Virus record (IMG/VR): IMGVR_UViG_3300012078_000002 | Coordinates: 1-60,795 of that record | DNA length: 60,795 nt | Origin: a virus | Strand: one strand, 5' to 3' | Shown: positions 24,226-33,577 of the stretch, one piece after another | How positions within the stretch are numbered: position 1 is the first letter of the stretch | How the letters are laid out: each line of letters begins with the position of its first letter | The notes under the pieces: model-generated | The model's input: the letters and a program-made list of their open reading frames with translations, nothing else | Told to the model about the DNA's origin: nothing | Database searches by the model: none | Translations under genes and position numbers: made by a program

Positions 24226-25225
24226 ATATACCTCCTGTTATAGAAACCTCCAGTTGCATCGTGTGAAGCCCCTGTTGGTAGTTGTGCGATGCGGATACAA
24301 TCCACATGTCTTGCTTGATGCCCAACTTAGCGATTGACAGTGTGAATCCGCTACCGGCAATCAGTTCCGGTACACCAAGTGCATTCAGCTTCAAGGTCTG
24401 CGCTTCCCTGTTATATCTTTTCAGATATTTGGCGGCCAAATCCGTCATTTGCTCGACGGTCATGGGTGTATCAATTTCTTCAACCATCTGCAACACGCCC
24501 CACTGCTTCTGTGATTCCGTGTAGGGCGATACATGGGATATTATTCTTCCGATATCCTTGTCAGTCCGCGTTATTTTGATTCGATTGTAGACATCCTTGT
24601 CAATGCTTAGCTTGTATGTGTAATCTGTCAGCAATGAGCCGTCGCCAATAATATAATTTGTCTTGCACTGTGCCAACTCCGTAAATTCGAGCGTGCCGAA
24701 ATTATCACGGATGAAATAATACTTCCCAGCCTCGTGAACAATTGATTGCTCAATACCGTACTGAATGACCTCGTACAGTGTGCCATTGTGTATTTTGTAT
24801 TCCGGCACCCATACCGACGGCGTAACGACCTTATACTGCGAATCAGTTTTTCGCCCGGCAGATTCGCCGAAGTTTTCACTGCAAACCAGCTCGAATATTT
24901 GGCTGGCGGTCACGCCCTCGGTAATATAGACTTCCTTGTTTTGCAGATATCGAATCTGGTCATAAGCTGTTATCTTGTTATCTCCATCTCTGGATGTTTC
25001 CATCGAAAATACATAGCCGTAGAATACGCCACGGCCATTGACGGAAAACTTGATGATGCTGCCATTGACGATTTGCAGCCGGTTGCCCGGATCGTCGCGC
25101 ACCGTAAATGTACATTTGCCCGGCTGGCCGCTAATAAAAGTATCGTGTGTTATGGAATCCACCAAGGTTGTAATATCGTACATCGTGCCGGTCAATGTAT
25201 TCTGACATTGAATAGTGTATTGCAT
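24209..25225 (-). CDS. baseplate hub protein, XkdQ/YqbQ-like
   Basis: Synteny and size. Start moved to MQYTIQ (TAATG overlap with the LysM gene stop) behind AAGGGTGGGTG. Confidence 0.65.
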   Translation of the reverse strand: MQYTIQCQNTLTGTMYDITTLVDSITHDTFISGQPGKCTFTVRDDPGNRLQIVNGSIIKFSVNGRGVFYGYVFSMETSRDGDNKITAYDQIRYLQNKEVYITEGVTASQIFELVCSENFGESAGRKTDSQYKVVTPSVWVPEYKIHNGTLYEVIQYGIEQSIVHEAGKYYFIRDNFGTLEFTELAQCKTNYIIGDGSLLTDYTYKLSIDKDVYNRIKITRTDKDIGRIISHVSPYTESQKQWGVLQMVEEIDTPMTVEQMTDLAAKYLKRYNREAQTLKLNALGVPELIAGSGFTLSIAKLGIKQDMWIVSASHNYQQGLHTMQLEVSITGGIYGNIS

Positions 25226-25854
25226 TAAGTCACCCACCCTTGCGGAATCACGTAGACCTGTCCGGGATAGATAAGATTCGGATTACTGCCAACCACCGCT
25301 TTATTTGCTGCGTACAGTTCCGGCCAGTTTGCACCATTCCCGGACAGCCGCCTTGTGATTGCCCATAAATTATCACCGCTTTTGACTGTGTAAGTCTGCG
25401 GAACCGATTCGGTGTTATCTTTTCTCGGCTCTTCCGGCACCGTCGCACTGGTAGTCTCTTCCACCGCTTGTATGACGATAATCTTGGCACCATAGGGGCG
25501 GTATTCCGACAGCGACAGGGTGTAATATACCCTGTGCTCTTCTCCCGCCTTACGAGCATGCTTAAAGTCGTCGACAACCACGTCCATGTTAATGTCAATG
25601 TCGCTCGCCGTGAATTCACCGGCCCGCTCGGAATCCCGCCAGTCTTCAATGAATTCAATGAACTCGTCGCCATCGTCTTCGATAAAACTTTCGATCACAA
25701 AAGTGGCAAGGCCCGGCTTGCGCGGAATCACAACCTCGCCGGTCCCGATAATATTAACTGTCTCGTTGTTTCCAGGTATTGATATTTCGATTTCTTCCGG
25801 CGCGATCGGTAACTCGTAATCGCCGTCACTTGTTTCAATAATGATATCTATCAT
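25225..25854 (-). CDS. LysM-domain tail protein (XkdP-like)
   Basis: C-terminal LysM: YTVKSGDNLWAITRRLSGNGANWPELYAANKAVVGSNPNLIYPGQVYVIP. Confidence 0.8.
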   Translation of the reverse strand: MIDIIIETSDGDYELPIAPEEIEISIPGNNETVNIIGTGEVVIPRKPGLATFVIESFIEDDGDEFIEFIEDWRDSERAGEFTASDIDINMDVVVDDFKHARKAGEEHRVYYTLSLSEYRPYGAKIIVIQAVEETTSATVPEEPRKDNTESVPQTYTVKSGDNLWAITRRLSGNGANWPELYAANKAVVGSNPNLIYPGQVYVIPQGWVT

Positions 25855-27830
25855 GCCAGCACCACCCTTGAATCCGCAGCTTCTTCAAGTACTGCGGCTA
25901 TCTCTTCGACAATAGAATTAACGTCGGCTGTTTCCCTGATTGTGCCAATATTCAAAGACAGCTGTGGCGTTAATGTCTGATAGGTCACCTGATAATCGAT
26001 GGTTGCTAAATCCATCAATAGTTTAATGTCCTCGCCGGAAATTTTGACTTCGCCGGTAGTTTTGAGTGCTTTTCCACCGCCAGAGCCAGAGGTTACGTCA
26101 CCGAGCGCACTTTCAACGCCGGAAGTTGATTTGAAAATCCCTTCAATAAGATCGCCATTGTCGCCAGTCGCCCTAAGCTCTGCTATATTGGCCTGGCGCG
26201 CAGAATGCGCTGCGCGGGTTTCGGCAGCCATTGTATCTATAGCTTCCTGCCGTTTCAGCTGATTCCAGATCATGTCTGCTTCGGCTGTTGCGATATCGGC
26301 CGCTCTTCCCTGTTTTGCCGCTTCATTTTCCGCTGCGGCAGTAGCAGCAAAAGTAACATGTTCTATTGCTTCGATGCTTACACCCGGAATACTTCCCAGG
26401 GCACCGATAAACTTATTAATAATGTCAATAGCGCCATTAACCATATTTTGCAAAATGGTAAGAACATTCACCTTCATGTCACCCATATATCCGGCTATTG
26501 CGGCCCCTGCCTTTGACATTCCCAAACTCATTTTATCCCATAGATTCAGCACGGCATAAACGCCGGTCTTGAACCCGAGATTAGCCTTGTCACTGGCAGA
26601 AAGAACCGCATCGACTACTGTTTCCCATGCGGCCCGAACTCCACCCATTGCGTTTATCCACACGGCTATCGCCGCAACTACAGCAACAATGCCTACTATT
26701 ATCCATGTCAGGGGATTAGCTAAAATGGCAGTATTCCATAACCACTGCGCCACTGTAACCACTCCGATTATTACCGCCAGTGTACCTAACGTTGCCGCAA
26801 GTACGATTGCAATCGGTGCAATCACATCCATGTGCTCTGCAATAGCTTCAAGGGCTGGATTCAATGCGGATGTTAATAATTCCTTGAATTGAAGCACATA
26901 GGGATACAGTTCGCCGCCTATAGTTTCTTTTAGGTCACCCGTGGCGTTATTCATTTGGATAATCTTTCCAGCATCAGTTCCAGCAATTGCTTCTGCTAAA
27001 CCGCCCCATGTTTCCGTTGTTACTTCGGCAACTATAGCTACTTTGGCAGCTTCAAGGCCTACACTTTCCACGTAAGCCCTGGTCTGCTTGTCTAAAGTTT
27101 TCAAGGACTTTACACTGTCATCCTGCAAGGCGAGAACTGCTTTTTGAGACTCCGATACAATAAATCCCTTTTTCGTAAGTCCTTCGTACTGTCCTTGGAG
27201 CGCCTTGCCCAATGCTGTGGCATAAGAAACCGCTGCCTGTGTTCCAAGCTCTGGCGCTCCCTCATTCATACCTATGGCAAAATCCGCGAATGTCGGCATA
27301 AGTGCAGTTAGGGCTTCTGTGTCCGATATATAAGTCGCCAGCTCTGCCAGTCCGGCGATCATTGTTTCGTCGCCGATAGTGGTTTTTGCCTGTATCGCAG
27401 ATGCTTCTTCAAGAATGGATTTGTAATCTTCAAACGCTACGCCCTGGTTGGCCAAAACGACTGCGAGGGAAGTTTCGGCCTGTTTCTGGACATCATACAA
27501 GCCTGTTAATTTGCCAATCTCATTAATTCCCGATTTGACAAGCGCCAATCCTTTGCGCGATACTTCCAGTGCTGCGTTGAAAGCCGTTATCTGCCCTTCC
27601 TGGCTTTCGAACCCTTTATTATTTTTGACCTCGTTGAGACTCTGATTCATTTGATCAATCGCCGCTGTCGCAAGTTTGACATCAGCAGCCGCCTGTGCGA
27701 ATTCTGGCCCGAGCTCCGCACCCTTAATACTGCGTATGGCAACAAGAGTGCTATTCATGGCTTTTACTATGCTCTGCATAGGTTTTGATATTTTGTCCTG
27801 CAATGCAAGCGTGCTGCTAATTGTAGACAT
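25851..27830 (-). CDS. tape measure protein
   Basis: 659 aa, Ala/helix-rich with a central hydrophobic block. Lies directly after the tail chaperone pair. Confidence 0.85.
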   Translation of the reverse strand: MSTISSTLALQDKISKPMQSIVKAMNSTLVAIRSIKGAELGPEFAQAAADVKLATAAIDQMNQSLNEVKNNKGFESQEGQITAFNAALEVSRKGLALVKSGINEIGKLTGLYDVQKQAETSLAVVLANQGVAFEDYKSILEEASAIQAKTTIGDETMIAGLAELATYISDTEALTALMPTFADFAIGMNEGAPELGTQAAVSYATALGKALQGQYEGLTKKGFIVSESQKAVLALQDDSVKSLKTLDKQTRAYVESVGLEAAKVAIVAEVTTETWGGLAEAIAGTDAGKIIQMNNATGDLKETIGGELYPYVLQFKELLTSALNPALEAIAEHMDVIAPIAIVLAATLGTLAVIIGVVTVAQWLWNTAILANPLTWIIVGIVAVVAAIAVWINAMGGVRAAWETVVDAVLSASDKANLGFKTGVYAVLNLWDKMSLGMSKAGAAIAGYMGDMKVNVLTILQNMVNGAIDIINKFIGALGSIPGVSIEAIEHVTFAATAAAENEAAKQGRAADIATAEADMIWNQLKRQEAIDTMAAETRAAHSARQANIAELRATGDNGDLIEGIFKSTSGVESALGDVTSGSGGGKALKTTGEVKISGEDIKLLMDLATIDYQVTYQTLTPQLSLNIGTIRETADVNSIVEEIAAVLEEAADSRVVLA

Positions 27831-27836
27831 TGATCA

Positions 27837-28022
27837 TCACCTGCCCCTCTTCTTTGGCCTTGATTTTATTTCTGCCAGCCGCTTTTTTTCTGCATCAATT
27901 TTGTTTTCAATACACGCAATCACAAACACTTTCTCTGCCCGTGGAAGATTGGCGAACTCTGACGGCTTGTATCCCATGTTCAGTACGGCATATTGACAAG
28001 CCGCCATTTCCCCATCTTCCAT
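27837..28022 (-). CDS. tail assembly chaperone, downstream (frameshift-extension) ORF
   Basis: In the -1 frame relative to 28025..28423, downstream of an A_AAA_AAC site. Also has its own ATG. Confidence 0.6.
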   Translation of the reverse strand: MEDGEMAACQYAVLNMGYKPSEFANLPRAEKVFVIACIENKIDAEKKRLAEIKSRPKKRGR

Positions 28023-28024
28023 GA

Positions 28025-28423
28025 TTAGTTTTTTACTTCTTTAATTTCTTCGTTAATATCGTTTTCTTCTGCGTCGAATCCGCTGGCCCGAACAATTCCG
28101 TCAGACAATGCCTGCACTTCACCTGCTAAAAATTTTTTCGTAACAAAATCGGCTACCGTCGCGCATTTTGCTTTGGAAAGAAATTCTGCATCTGCGAGAT
28201 TCGGCTCAATGACATGTCCGGTTATAATCAGCAAATTGAATTTGCTACTATCGAAGTCTGCACCTCTTTTATTAATCTTCCCCTGGCTCCTGGTGCGATA
28301 AGTAGACCACTCTTTTTCACTCATTGGTCTGACGGTGAACGTTCCCAACCTTTCGCTGACATACACCTCTTCGGTAAACTCTGATACATCCGGTAGGGAT
28401 AATAAATCCTGTAATTTACTCAT
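28025..28423 (-). CDS. tail assembly chaperone (XkdN-like)
   Basis: Position between the tube and tape measure genes. Acidic C-terminus. Confidence 0.7.
   Translation of the reverse strand: MSKLQDLLSLPDVSEFTEEVYVSERLGTFTVRPMSEKEWSTYRTRSQGKINKRGADFDSSKFNLLIITGHVIEPNLADAEFLSKAKCATVADFVTKKFLAGEVQALSDGIVRASGFDAEENDINEEIKEVKN
28028..28034 (-). promoter_or_regulatory. candidate -1 programmed ribosomal frameshift heptamer A_AAA_AAC
   Basis: The minus strand reads GTA AAA AAC TAA. A -1 slip gives CTA ATC ATG GAA..., in frame with ORF 27837..28022. Confidence 0.6.
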
Positions 28424-28441
28424 TTTTCTTTTTCTCCTTTT

Positions 28442-28906
28442 TTATGCTGCCGGGAATAAGGCGTTGAATGCCTCTGGATTATCAACGCCGCTGAAAGTAT
28501 AATCGCACGAACCTTCAAGCATATCTGCATCGATGTCAAGCATAGCTATGTCACCGCCGTCAATATTACATTGCTGCAACTGAACCGAATGTCTGCCTGC
28601 GTTGCTTCCGGGATCGTCACTTGTAATAACCATCGTAAAATATACGTCCTTGCCCGTTCTGGCATAGTCAATAAGCATTTTCGCCCAACGACTCGTAACC
28701 CAATGATACGTAAAACTTCCAGTTCCTACCCATCCGGCAGACTTGTGCCTATCTGCCGAATCGCCCATAGCTCTCCATGTGGTTTTGTTTTTTGAAATAT
28801 TGGCAGTGATATTTTTAATTTCAGCGAGTTCCTCGACACTGCCGTCAATAACTGCCGTGATTATTCCCCGCCGCCCCTCAACCGGCCTTGAATCATGTAA
28901 TAGCAT
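28442..28906 (-). CDS. tail tube protein (XkdM-like)
   Basis: 154 aa, directly after the sheath gene. Confidence 0.75.
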   Translation of the reverse strand: MLLHDSRPVEGRRGIITAVIDGSVEELAEIKNITANISKNKTTWRAMGDSADRHKSAGWVGTGSFTYHWVTSRWAKMLIDYARTGKDVYFTMVITSDDPGSNAGRHSVQLQQCNIDGGDIAMLDIDADMLEGSCDYTFSGVDNPEAFNALFPAA

Positions 28907-28929
28907 TTATATTCCTCCTTTTCGAGCAC

Positions 28930-28958
28930 AAAAAGCGCCCACTTGAAAACAGGCGCTT
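28930..28958 (-). terminator. hairpin plus T-run between the sheath and tube genes (attenuator candidate)
   Basis: The minus strand reads AAGCGCC-tgttttcaagtg-GGCGCTT followed by TTT. Confidence 0.4.
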
Positions 28959-28967
28959 AAATAATGC

Positions 28968-30290
28968 TTAATCAACAAAAACTTCCATATAAAGCTTGCT
29001 CATTGCCGCTACCGGCTGCACGTTGACACCGACAAGAACCGCTTCTTTCGCTTTTCCGGCCACTACCGTAACATCGGTTGCGCCGTCAAAGTTTTCAATC
29101 GCTCCAAGGGTTTGTAGTTCGCCGAAGTATGTCAGCAGCATGGCTTGGAATATGCCTCTGCCGTCTGCGTTATTCTGCACTATTCCCTTAAATGACGTTT
29201 CCCAGATCGTGCTTGTACTTGTTCCAATTTCATCAAGTACCCTTATAATCTGATTGAGCCGGAAGTCCTCTGATAATTCAGTCGTGTATGTACGCAGACT
29301 GTTAATATCGTCTTCAACCACAATGCTACCGCTTGTATTCACCGACAAAATGAATTTGCCCGACTGCAAAGCTTCGATGATTTCGGAATTTGTGCGTTCG
29401 TTCAGAATTCGAGTGGCACCGGTAAATGTCTTGGCAACATTGGATTGTGTCACGGATGCCCCGGCAGTAATCCCAGCAACCCACGCAGTAGCCTCTTCGG
29501 CGGTTACTTCAACGTCGCCCATCATTACACCGCAGTCGGAATTGATAACCCCGTGGTAATCGGCTGCGTCATAATTTGCAACAACAATCTGGACGTACTT
29601 GCCCTCTGTGTCGCGCATTTCCTCTGCAAACTTAGCGAACTGCGCGGCGAAAGTATCATTATTCTGCGTCAGCGCCATTGTCTGCCAACGCGCCTTGCGT
29701 GCTAATGCCAGGTATGCCGGGTAAGCCGTCACTGGCGTTACTGTGCCGTTCGTACCGCCCGATAGGGTAATGCCGGCATTTATGGCCAATGCACCGAATC
29801 CGCTGAATTCCACATAATCGTTGTTTACAAGCTCCTGCACTGTGGAAGCTGTTTGTGCGTCCCTGCTTACGCCGTCGACGTAGGTTGTGACCGTGAAAAG
29901 GCCATCAGATTCGGTTATGGCCACGGTAATCATGTTGCCTTTCGTGCCGGCATATTTCGCCTTTGCTGTAAGGCTGCCTTGCGTTGCAGTTGCTCTTACA
30001 CCGCCGCTATCGAGTCTATAAAATAGCCCAAGATAGCAATTTGATAACATCAAATTCGGGAGTTTTGCTTCTTCATCAAATGCCGTCATTCCGATTTTTG
30101 CAAGACTCGTTCCGTCTGTCATATCAGTACTGTAGACGCTAATCAGCTCCCCTTCCGGGCCCCAATTCATAGGGAATGCCATCGTGCCTATCCCTCTATC
30201 CCCAACCTGCATAGTTGGGGCTGAAACGGCGGTGAAATTGATATAAACGCCTGGACGGGTCTTGTTCTGTGAAATCCATCTTCCACCCAT
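28968..30290 (-). CDS. contractile tail sheath protein (XkdK-like)
   Basis: 440 aa. N-terminus GGRWISQNKTRPGVYINF is typical of phage sheath proteins. Synteny supports the call. Confidence 0.85.
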   Translation of the reverse strand: MGGRWISQNKTRPGVYINFTAVSAPTMQVGDRGIGTMAFPMNWGPEGELISVYSTDMTDGTSLAKIGMTAFDEEAKLPNLMLSNCYLGLFYRLDSGGVRATATQGSLTAKAKYAGTKGNMITVAITESDGLFTVTTYVDGVSRDAQTASTVQELVNNDYVEFSGFGALAINAGITLSGGTNGTVTPVTAYPAYLALARKARWQTMALTQNNDTFAAQFAKFAEEMRDTEGKYVQIVVANYDAADYHGVINSDCGVMMGDVEVTAEEATAWVAGITAGASVTQSNVAKTFTGATRILNERTNSEIIEALQSGKFILSVNTSGSIVVEDDINSLRTYTTELSEDFRLNQIIRVLDEIGTSTSTIWETSFKGIVQNNADGRGIFQAMLLTYFGELQTLGAIENFDGATDVTVVAGKAKEAVLVGVNVQPVAAMSKLYMEVFVD

Positions 30291-30348
30291 GTGTTACCTC
30301 CTTATAATTCATATAATAAATGCGCCCGCCTAAATTGACAGACGCGCG

Positions 30349-30795
30349 CTAAATCGTGATATTTGTTTCAATCTGTTCTTGCAACGGCCCGAGCTCAACC
30401 GGCTTCGTCGCCATAACGGATACATTGCAGAAAAAGTGGAGTACGCCGTCAACCTTTTCTGTCCTCCGGCCAGTTAATCGCACTGGCATGCCGTTCCACG
30501 TAATATACTCCAAATCCGACAGCAACCGAATGCTTATATCATCAAGCTGCTGCTGCAAAAGGTTGACACTACTTGGATCGGCAGCGACATGATAACGAAT
30601 TGTCACAAAATAAGAAACCATCCAGTGGTTGCGGCGTTCCGGTTGTATGTCAAGTGTGAGTTGCTGAATGAAGAAATGCGGGTATACAAGCAACTGAACC
30701 GGCGCTGTTTCCCGATACCGCATTACGCCCGGGAACGCCTCGCCCAGGGCTATTACAAGTCCGCTGGTGACGCTGGTTGCCGTGATCTCGTACAA
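30349..30795 (-). CDS. tail completion / head-tail joining protein
   Basis: Position between the connectors and the sheath. Confidence 0.5.
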   Translation of the reverse strand: MYEITATSVTSGLVIALGEAFPGVMRYRETAPVQLLVYPHFFIQQLTLDIQPERRNHWMVSYFVTIRYHVAADPSSVNLLQQQLDDISIRLLSDLEYITWNGMPVRLTGRRTEKVDGVLHFFCNVSVMATKPVELGPLQEQIETNITI

Positions 30796-30797
30796 TG

Positions 30798-31193
30798 TTA
30801 CACCCCCTGCCTGACGCTCATCGTCGCCTCTTGTCGCGATTGATTGACCACCGGCGCGCCGATAACACCCTCGTAGGTTTCAAGCACTGTGCCGTCAAAC
30901 GCCAGTTTTCGCGCTACAATTCTGTCAGCGTTTTGCAGGTCGATTCCCACGGCACAATTAATGCGCAAAGCGTGGATAATAGGCACAGCGCCCACCGCTA
31001 CGGGATCGGGATTATCAACGTCTGAAAAAGATATGTGAACCTTGATACCGGAATAGAATGGCACATTCGGATCGCTCGGGGCAAATGAGCCGTCGGGCAA
31101 CTCAATCAATGTCGCCCTGTAAATATCTATCTCGTCGGCATCCATATAATCGCCAATAATGCCGCCAATGATGCCGAAATTAAAACTATCCAT
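30798..31193 (-). CDS. head-tail joining protein
   Basis: Position only. Confidence 0.45.
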   Translation of the reverse strand: MDSFNFGIIGGIIGDYMDADEIDIYRATLIELPDGSFAPSDPNVPFYSGIKVHISFSDVDNPDPVAVGAVPIIHALRINCAVGIDLQNADRIVARKLAFDGTVLETYEGVIGAPVVNQSRQEATMSVRQGV

Positions 31194-31194
31194 G

Positions 31195-31539
31195 CTATCC
31201 CCTCCTAAACGGCAACCTAAAACTGTTTAGCTGCTTCTGCCTATCCTCGATCCGGCGCTCAATCGCCATTGTTGCCAGCGACGAATCGAATGACACCGAC
31301 CGCCCAGCTTCCGAAACGCTTGTTGCTTTTCCGGTTGTTGTTTTGTTTGCATCCAGCATTTCATTGTACGCGTCGACAACCATCTGCGCTGCGACGTAAG
31401 TTAATTCAGTTGGCAATTCTGCGCGATTGATGTAGTTTAATATTTGCTGTATGGTCATGTCGACATACAGCGTCAAGATCGTGTCCTTGGAAGTGTCCGT
31501 TATCCCCAGCAGGGTTTTGACTATATCAAGTAGATTCAT
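31195..31539 (-). CDS. head-tail connector (gp6/YqbG-like)
   Basis: MNLLDIVKTLLGITDTSKDTILTLYVDMTIQQILNYINR... is typical of the Phage_connect_1 family. Confidence 0.65.
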   Translation of the reverse strand: MNLLDIVKTLLGITDTSKDTILTLYVDMTIQQILNYINRAELPTELTYVAAQMVVDAYNEMLDANKTTTGKATSVSEAGRSVSFDSSLATMAIERRIEDRQKQLNSFRLPFRRG

Positions 31540-31699
31540 CTCGCACCGCCTTTGTTGACATATTTTCTATCGCTTTTTTACATTGGTTGCAGACGCAAAA
31601 TTCCTTCGGTGGAGGATAACCGGCGCAACCGCAACGAGCTTCTGGTATCCGATCTCTGTTATCGTCCATCTTGTGCAAGCAAAGTTCACAAATTTTCAT
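31526..31699 (-). CDS. small Cys-rich (zinc-ribbon-like) protein (57 aa)
   Basis: Hand-translated: MKICELCLHKMDDNRDRIPEARCGCAGYPPPKEFCVCNQCKKAIENMSTKAVRDEST. Confidence 0.45.
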   Translation of the reverse strand: MKICELCLHKMDDNRDRIPEARCGCAGYPPPKEFCVCNQCKKAIENMSTKAVRDEST

Positions 31700-31838
31700 C
31701 CATCACCGCCTCGCTTTCCGGCGCAAATATACTTTCCTTCTTTGACTTTTTTGCAACCGTTTTTTCAGGCTCGGATTTTTCTTCTGCCCGCTCCTGTCGC
31801 TTATTGATTATCTGTTGTCGTGAAAGCTCTGTCAACAC
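31686..31838 (-). CDS. small basic protein (50 aa, GTG start)
   Basis: Hand-translated: (V)LTELSRQQIINKRQERAEEKSEPEKTVAKKSKKESIFAPESEAVMDENL. AAGGACGGTG upstream. Confidence 0.3.
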   Translation of the reverse strand: MLTELSRQQIINKRQERAEEKSEPEKTVAKKSKKESIFAPESEAVMDENL

Positions 31839-31853
31839 GTGTATCACCGTCCT

Positions 31854-32249
31854 TTATTCTCTGGCGGGAACAATATCGTAATCAATGATTTCTAATTCTG
31901 TAAAATCATCAGGATTAAATATCCCTATCCAAAAATTCCCGATATATCGTTGCCTATTAATTACGCATTCATTGTAAAATCTGATCTCGTTGATAATCTC
32001 CTTATTGTTTATTCCGAATTCGTCTTCATACAAACCGCTGTCTAGTTTATATTCAATAGATTGTCGGTAGTTTTGAAATTCCAACAAGTCCCCATCAACC
32101 AAGGCATGAGCACCAATCGCAATTGGAACGCAGACCATCAATCCGCCTATGCCGATTACTATCGCAGCAAAAGCAAAACCATTATCATCAATAAATTTCC
32201 AACATATAATTCCTCCGATAAGAAGAATAACAAAAATCCATAATAACAT
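31854..32249 (-). CDS. two-TM membrane protein (moron inside the head/connector region)
   Basis: MLLWIFVILLIGGIICW and FAAIVIGIGGLMVCVPIAIGA. Visibly more AT-rich than its neighbours. AAAGGAG upstream. Confidence 0.7.
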   Translation of the reverse strand: MLLWIFVILLIGGIICWKFIDDNGFAFAAIVIGIGGLMVCVPIAIGAHALVDGDLLEFQNYRQSIEYKLDSGLYEDEFGINNKEIINEIRFYNECVINRQRYIGNFWIGIFNPDDFTELEIIDYDIVPARE

Positions 32250-32292
32250 AATTATCGCTCCTTTTCTTATCCACTCCTGATTATAAGCACAG

Positions 32293-32318
32293 AAAAAGGC
32301 GGGGGAGCGTAACCCGCC
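32293..32318 (-). terminator. intrinsic terminator after the capsid operon
   Basis: The minus strand reads GGCGGG-ttacgctcc-CCCGCC followed by TTTTT. A TATAAT (minus strand, 32280..32285) follows. Confidence 0.7.
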
Positions 32319-32361
32319 TACGGTTCATGATACCGTTCTATGCTGCTAAAGCCAATGGCGT

Positions 32362-32598
32362 TTAACCTTGTTCGTCGGCCTTGCGAAGCGCGTTTATCAC
32401 CTGCCTACGGGTTTTCCCTGTGGTATCAATGTGCCTTTCAGCGGCAAGGGCAGCAAGGGCCTCGTCGTTCATGTCGTTGTAATCCGTGGATTCCTCCGGA
32501 ACGGCAGGAGCAAGGGTTTCCCCCTGCTCCGGTTCTGTACTTACTTCCGATAGCGGGATGGCTTTATTTTTTTCTGCATCCCAAACAAACCGGCCCAC
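32362..32598 (-). CDS. Rho-N/SAP-like domain protein
   Basis: MNDEALAALAAERHIDTTGKTRRQVINALRKA. Lies directly after the major capsid gene. Confidence 0.6.
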   Translation of the reverse strand: MGRFVWDAEKNKAIPLSEVSTEPEQGETLAPAVPEESTDYNDMNDEALAALAAERHIDTTGKTRRQVINALRKADEQG

Positions 32599-32599
32599 G

Positions 32600-33559
32600 T
32601 TACACCGCCAGACCTGTTATTGAGCCATGCAGGAATGCGGGACCGTGGTCAAGTCCTACCTCTCCATATAGCTGACGTTTCTCGCTGGCACCGACTTTTG
32701 CCAGCTCTTCTACAAAGAATACTCCCTTGCCCGGAACTTCCAGGAATACCGGTGCCATATATGCGATATCGCAAAGCAAAATAGCGCCGTTCGGCATGAA
32801 CCGATTCCATACTACGCCAATTTTCGTAAAATCCGTTTCGATATCTGTGATATTGATACCGCCCTCGTTTCTCGATGGCGGCAAATTGCCACCAGGGAGA
32901 CTTGCGTAAATGGAAGAAATCTTTTGCTTGAGTTTCGCCGGAACAAACATAACCATATTCTCAAAATAAGCCCCGTTGTCAGCCATCTCCTGATACAATG
33001 ACTGTAGCATATCAAAAGTCAATTCCGCGCCCGCTGCGGCAATATTAGTACCATCCTCACACAATTGGAGCATCCCTCTTGTCTTGTTTGGCACGCTCAC
33101 CCCTGTGGCCAACTGGTATCTTCCGGCAATGAACGAATATTCGATATTTCGGGCTGCCGGAACAAGCAGGCTGTGCTGAATCTGCCAAGCCAATTCCCCG
33201 GCCGGGTTCGGTGTCTGGCCCGCCGTGTTGAGTCCGGCCATCCTGCCCGTATTGGCGAGCTTGTGGTAAGTCAAGTCCGTGGTGTCCTGGTGAATCTGTA
33301 CTACGTTGGTTTCTTGGTTGCGCTCGATGTGCCTTGCTGTCGGTGCGGTTGCCGAGGCTGCTTCCGATATCCCTGGCTGCTCTGCGTCCGGATAATCGAA
33401 AAGCTGCGCGGTCGGGAATTCCGCGTTTGTGGTCGTAATTCCTCCCGACAAACCGCCAATCATGGATAAAAGCGGCGTGGCAGTCGGTGCTGCTGTAAAT
33501 AATTCCCCCGCATAGTTCGGAAGGTTCCAAGTTGTTCCAATTCCTGCTACTACTGGCAT
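32600..33559 (-). CDS. major capsid protein (SU10/DUF5309-type)
   Basis: WNLPNYAGELFTAAP...TPLLSMIGG is the signature N-terminus of this capsid family. Lies after the scaffold gene. Confidence 0.85.
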   Translation of the reverse strand: MPVVAGIGTTWNLPNYAGELFTAAPTATPLLSMIGGLSGGITTTNAEFPTAQLFDYPDAEQPGISEAASATAPTARHIERNQETNVVQIHQDTTDLTYHKLANTGRMAGLNTAGQTPNPAGELAWQIQHSLLVPAARNIEYSFIAGRYQLATGVSVPNKTRGMLQLCEDGTNIAAAGAELTFDMLQSLYQEMADNGAYFENMVMFVPAKLKQKISSIYASLPGGNLPPSRNEGGINITDIETDFTKIGVVWNRFMPNGAILLCDIAYMAPVFLEVPGKGVFFVEELAKVGASEKRQLYGEVGLDHGPAFLHGSITGLAV

Positions 33560-33577
33560 ATTTTATATCTCCTTTTC

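Noticed and set aside
24746-25228. Long antisense or alternate-frame ORFs inside large genes (for example 24746..25228 plus, 25248..25673 minus, 33057..33530 minus, 19189..19725 plus, 53292..53783 plus, 57097..57612 plus, 15476..15916 minus, 26205..26892 plus).
   Set aside because: All lie entirely within confidently identified genes (XkdQ-like, LysM protein, capsid, endolysin, DnaB, exonuclease, tape measure). They lack an SD and have skewed composition typical of shadow ORFs.
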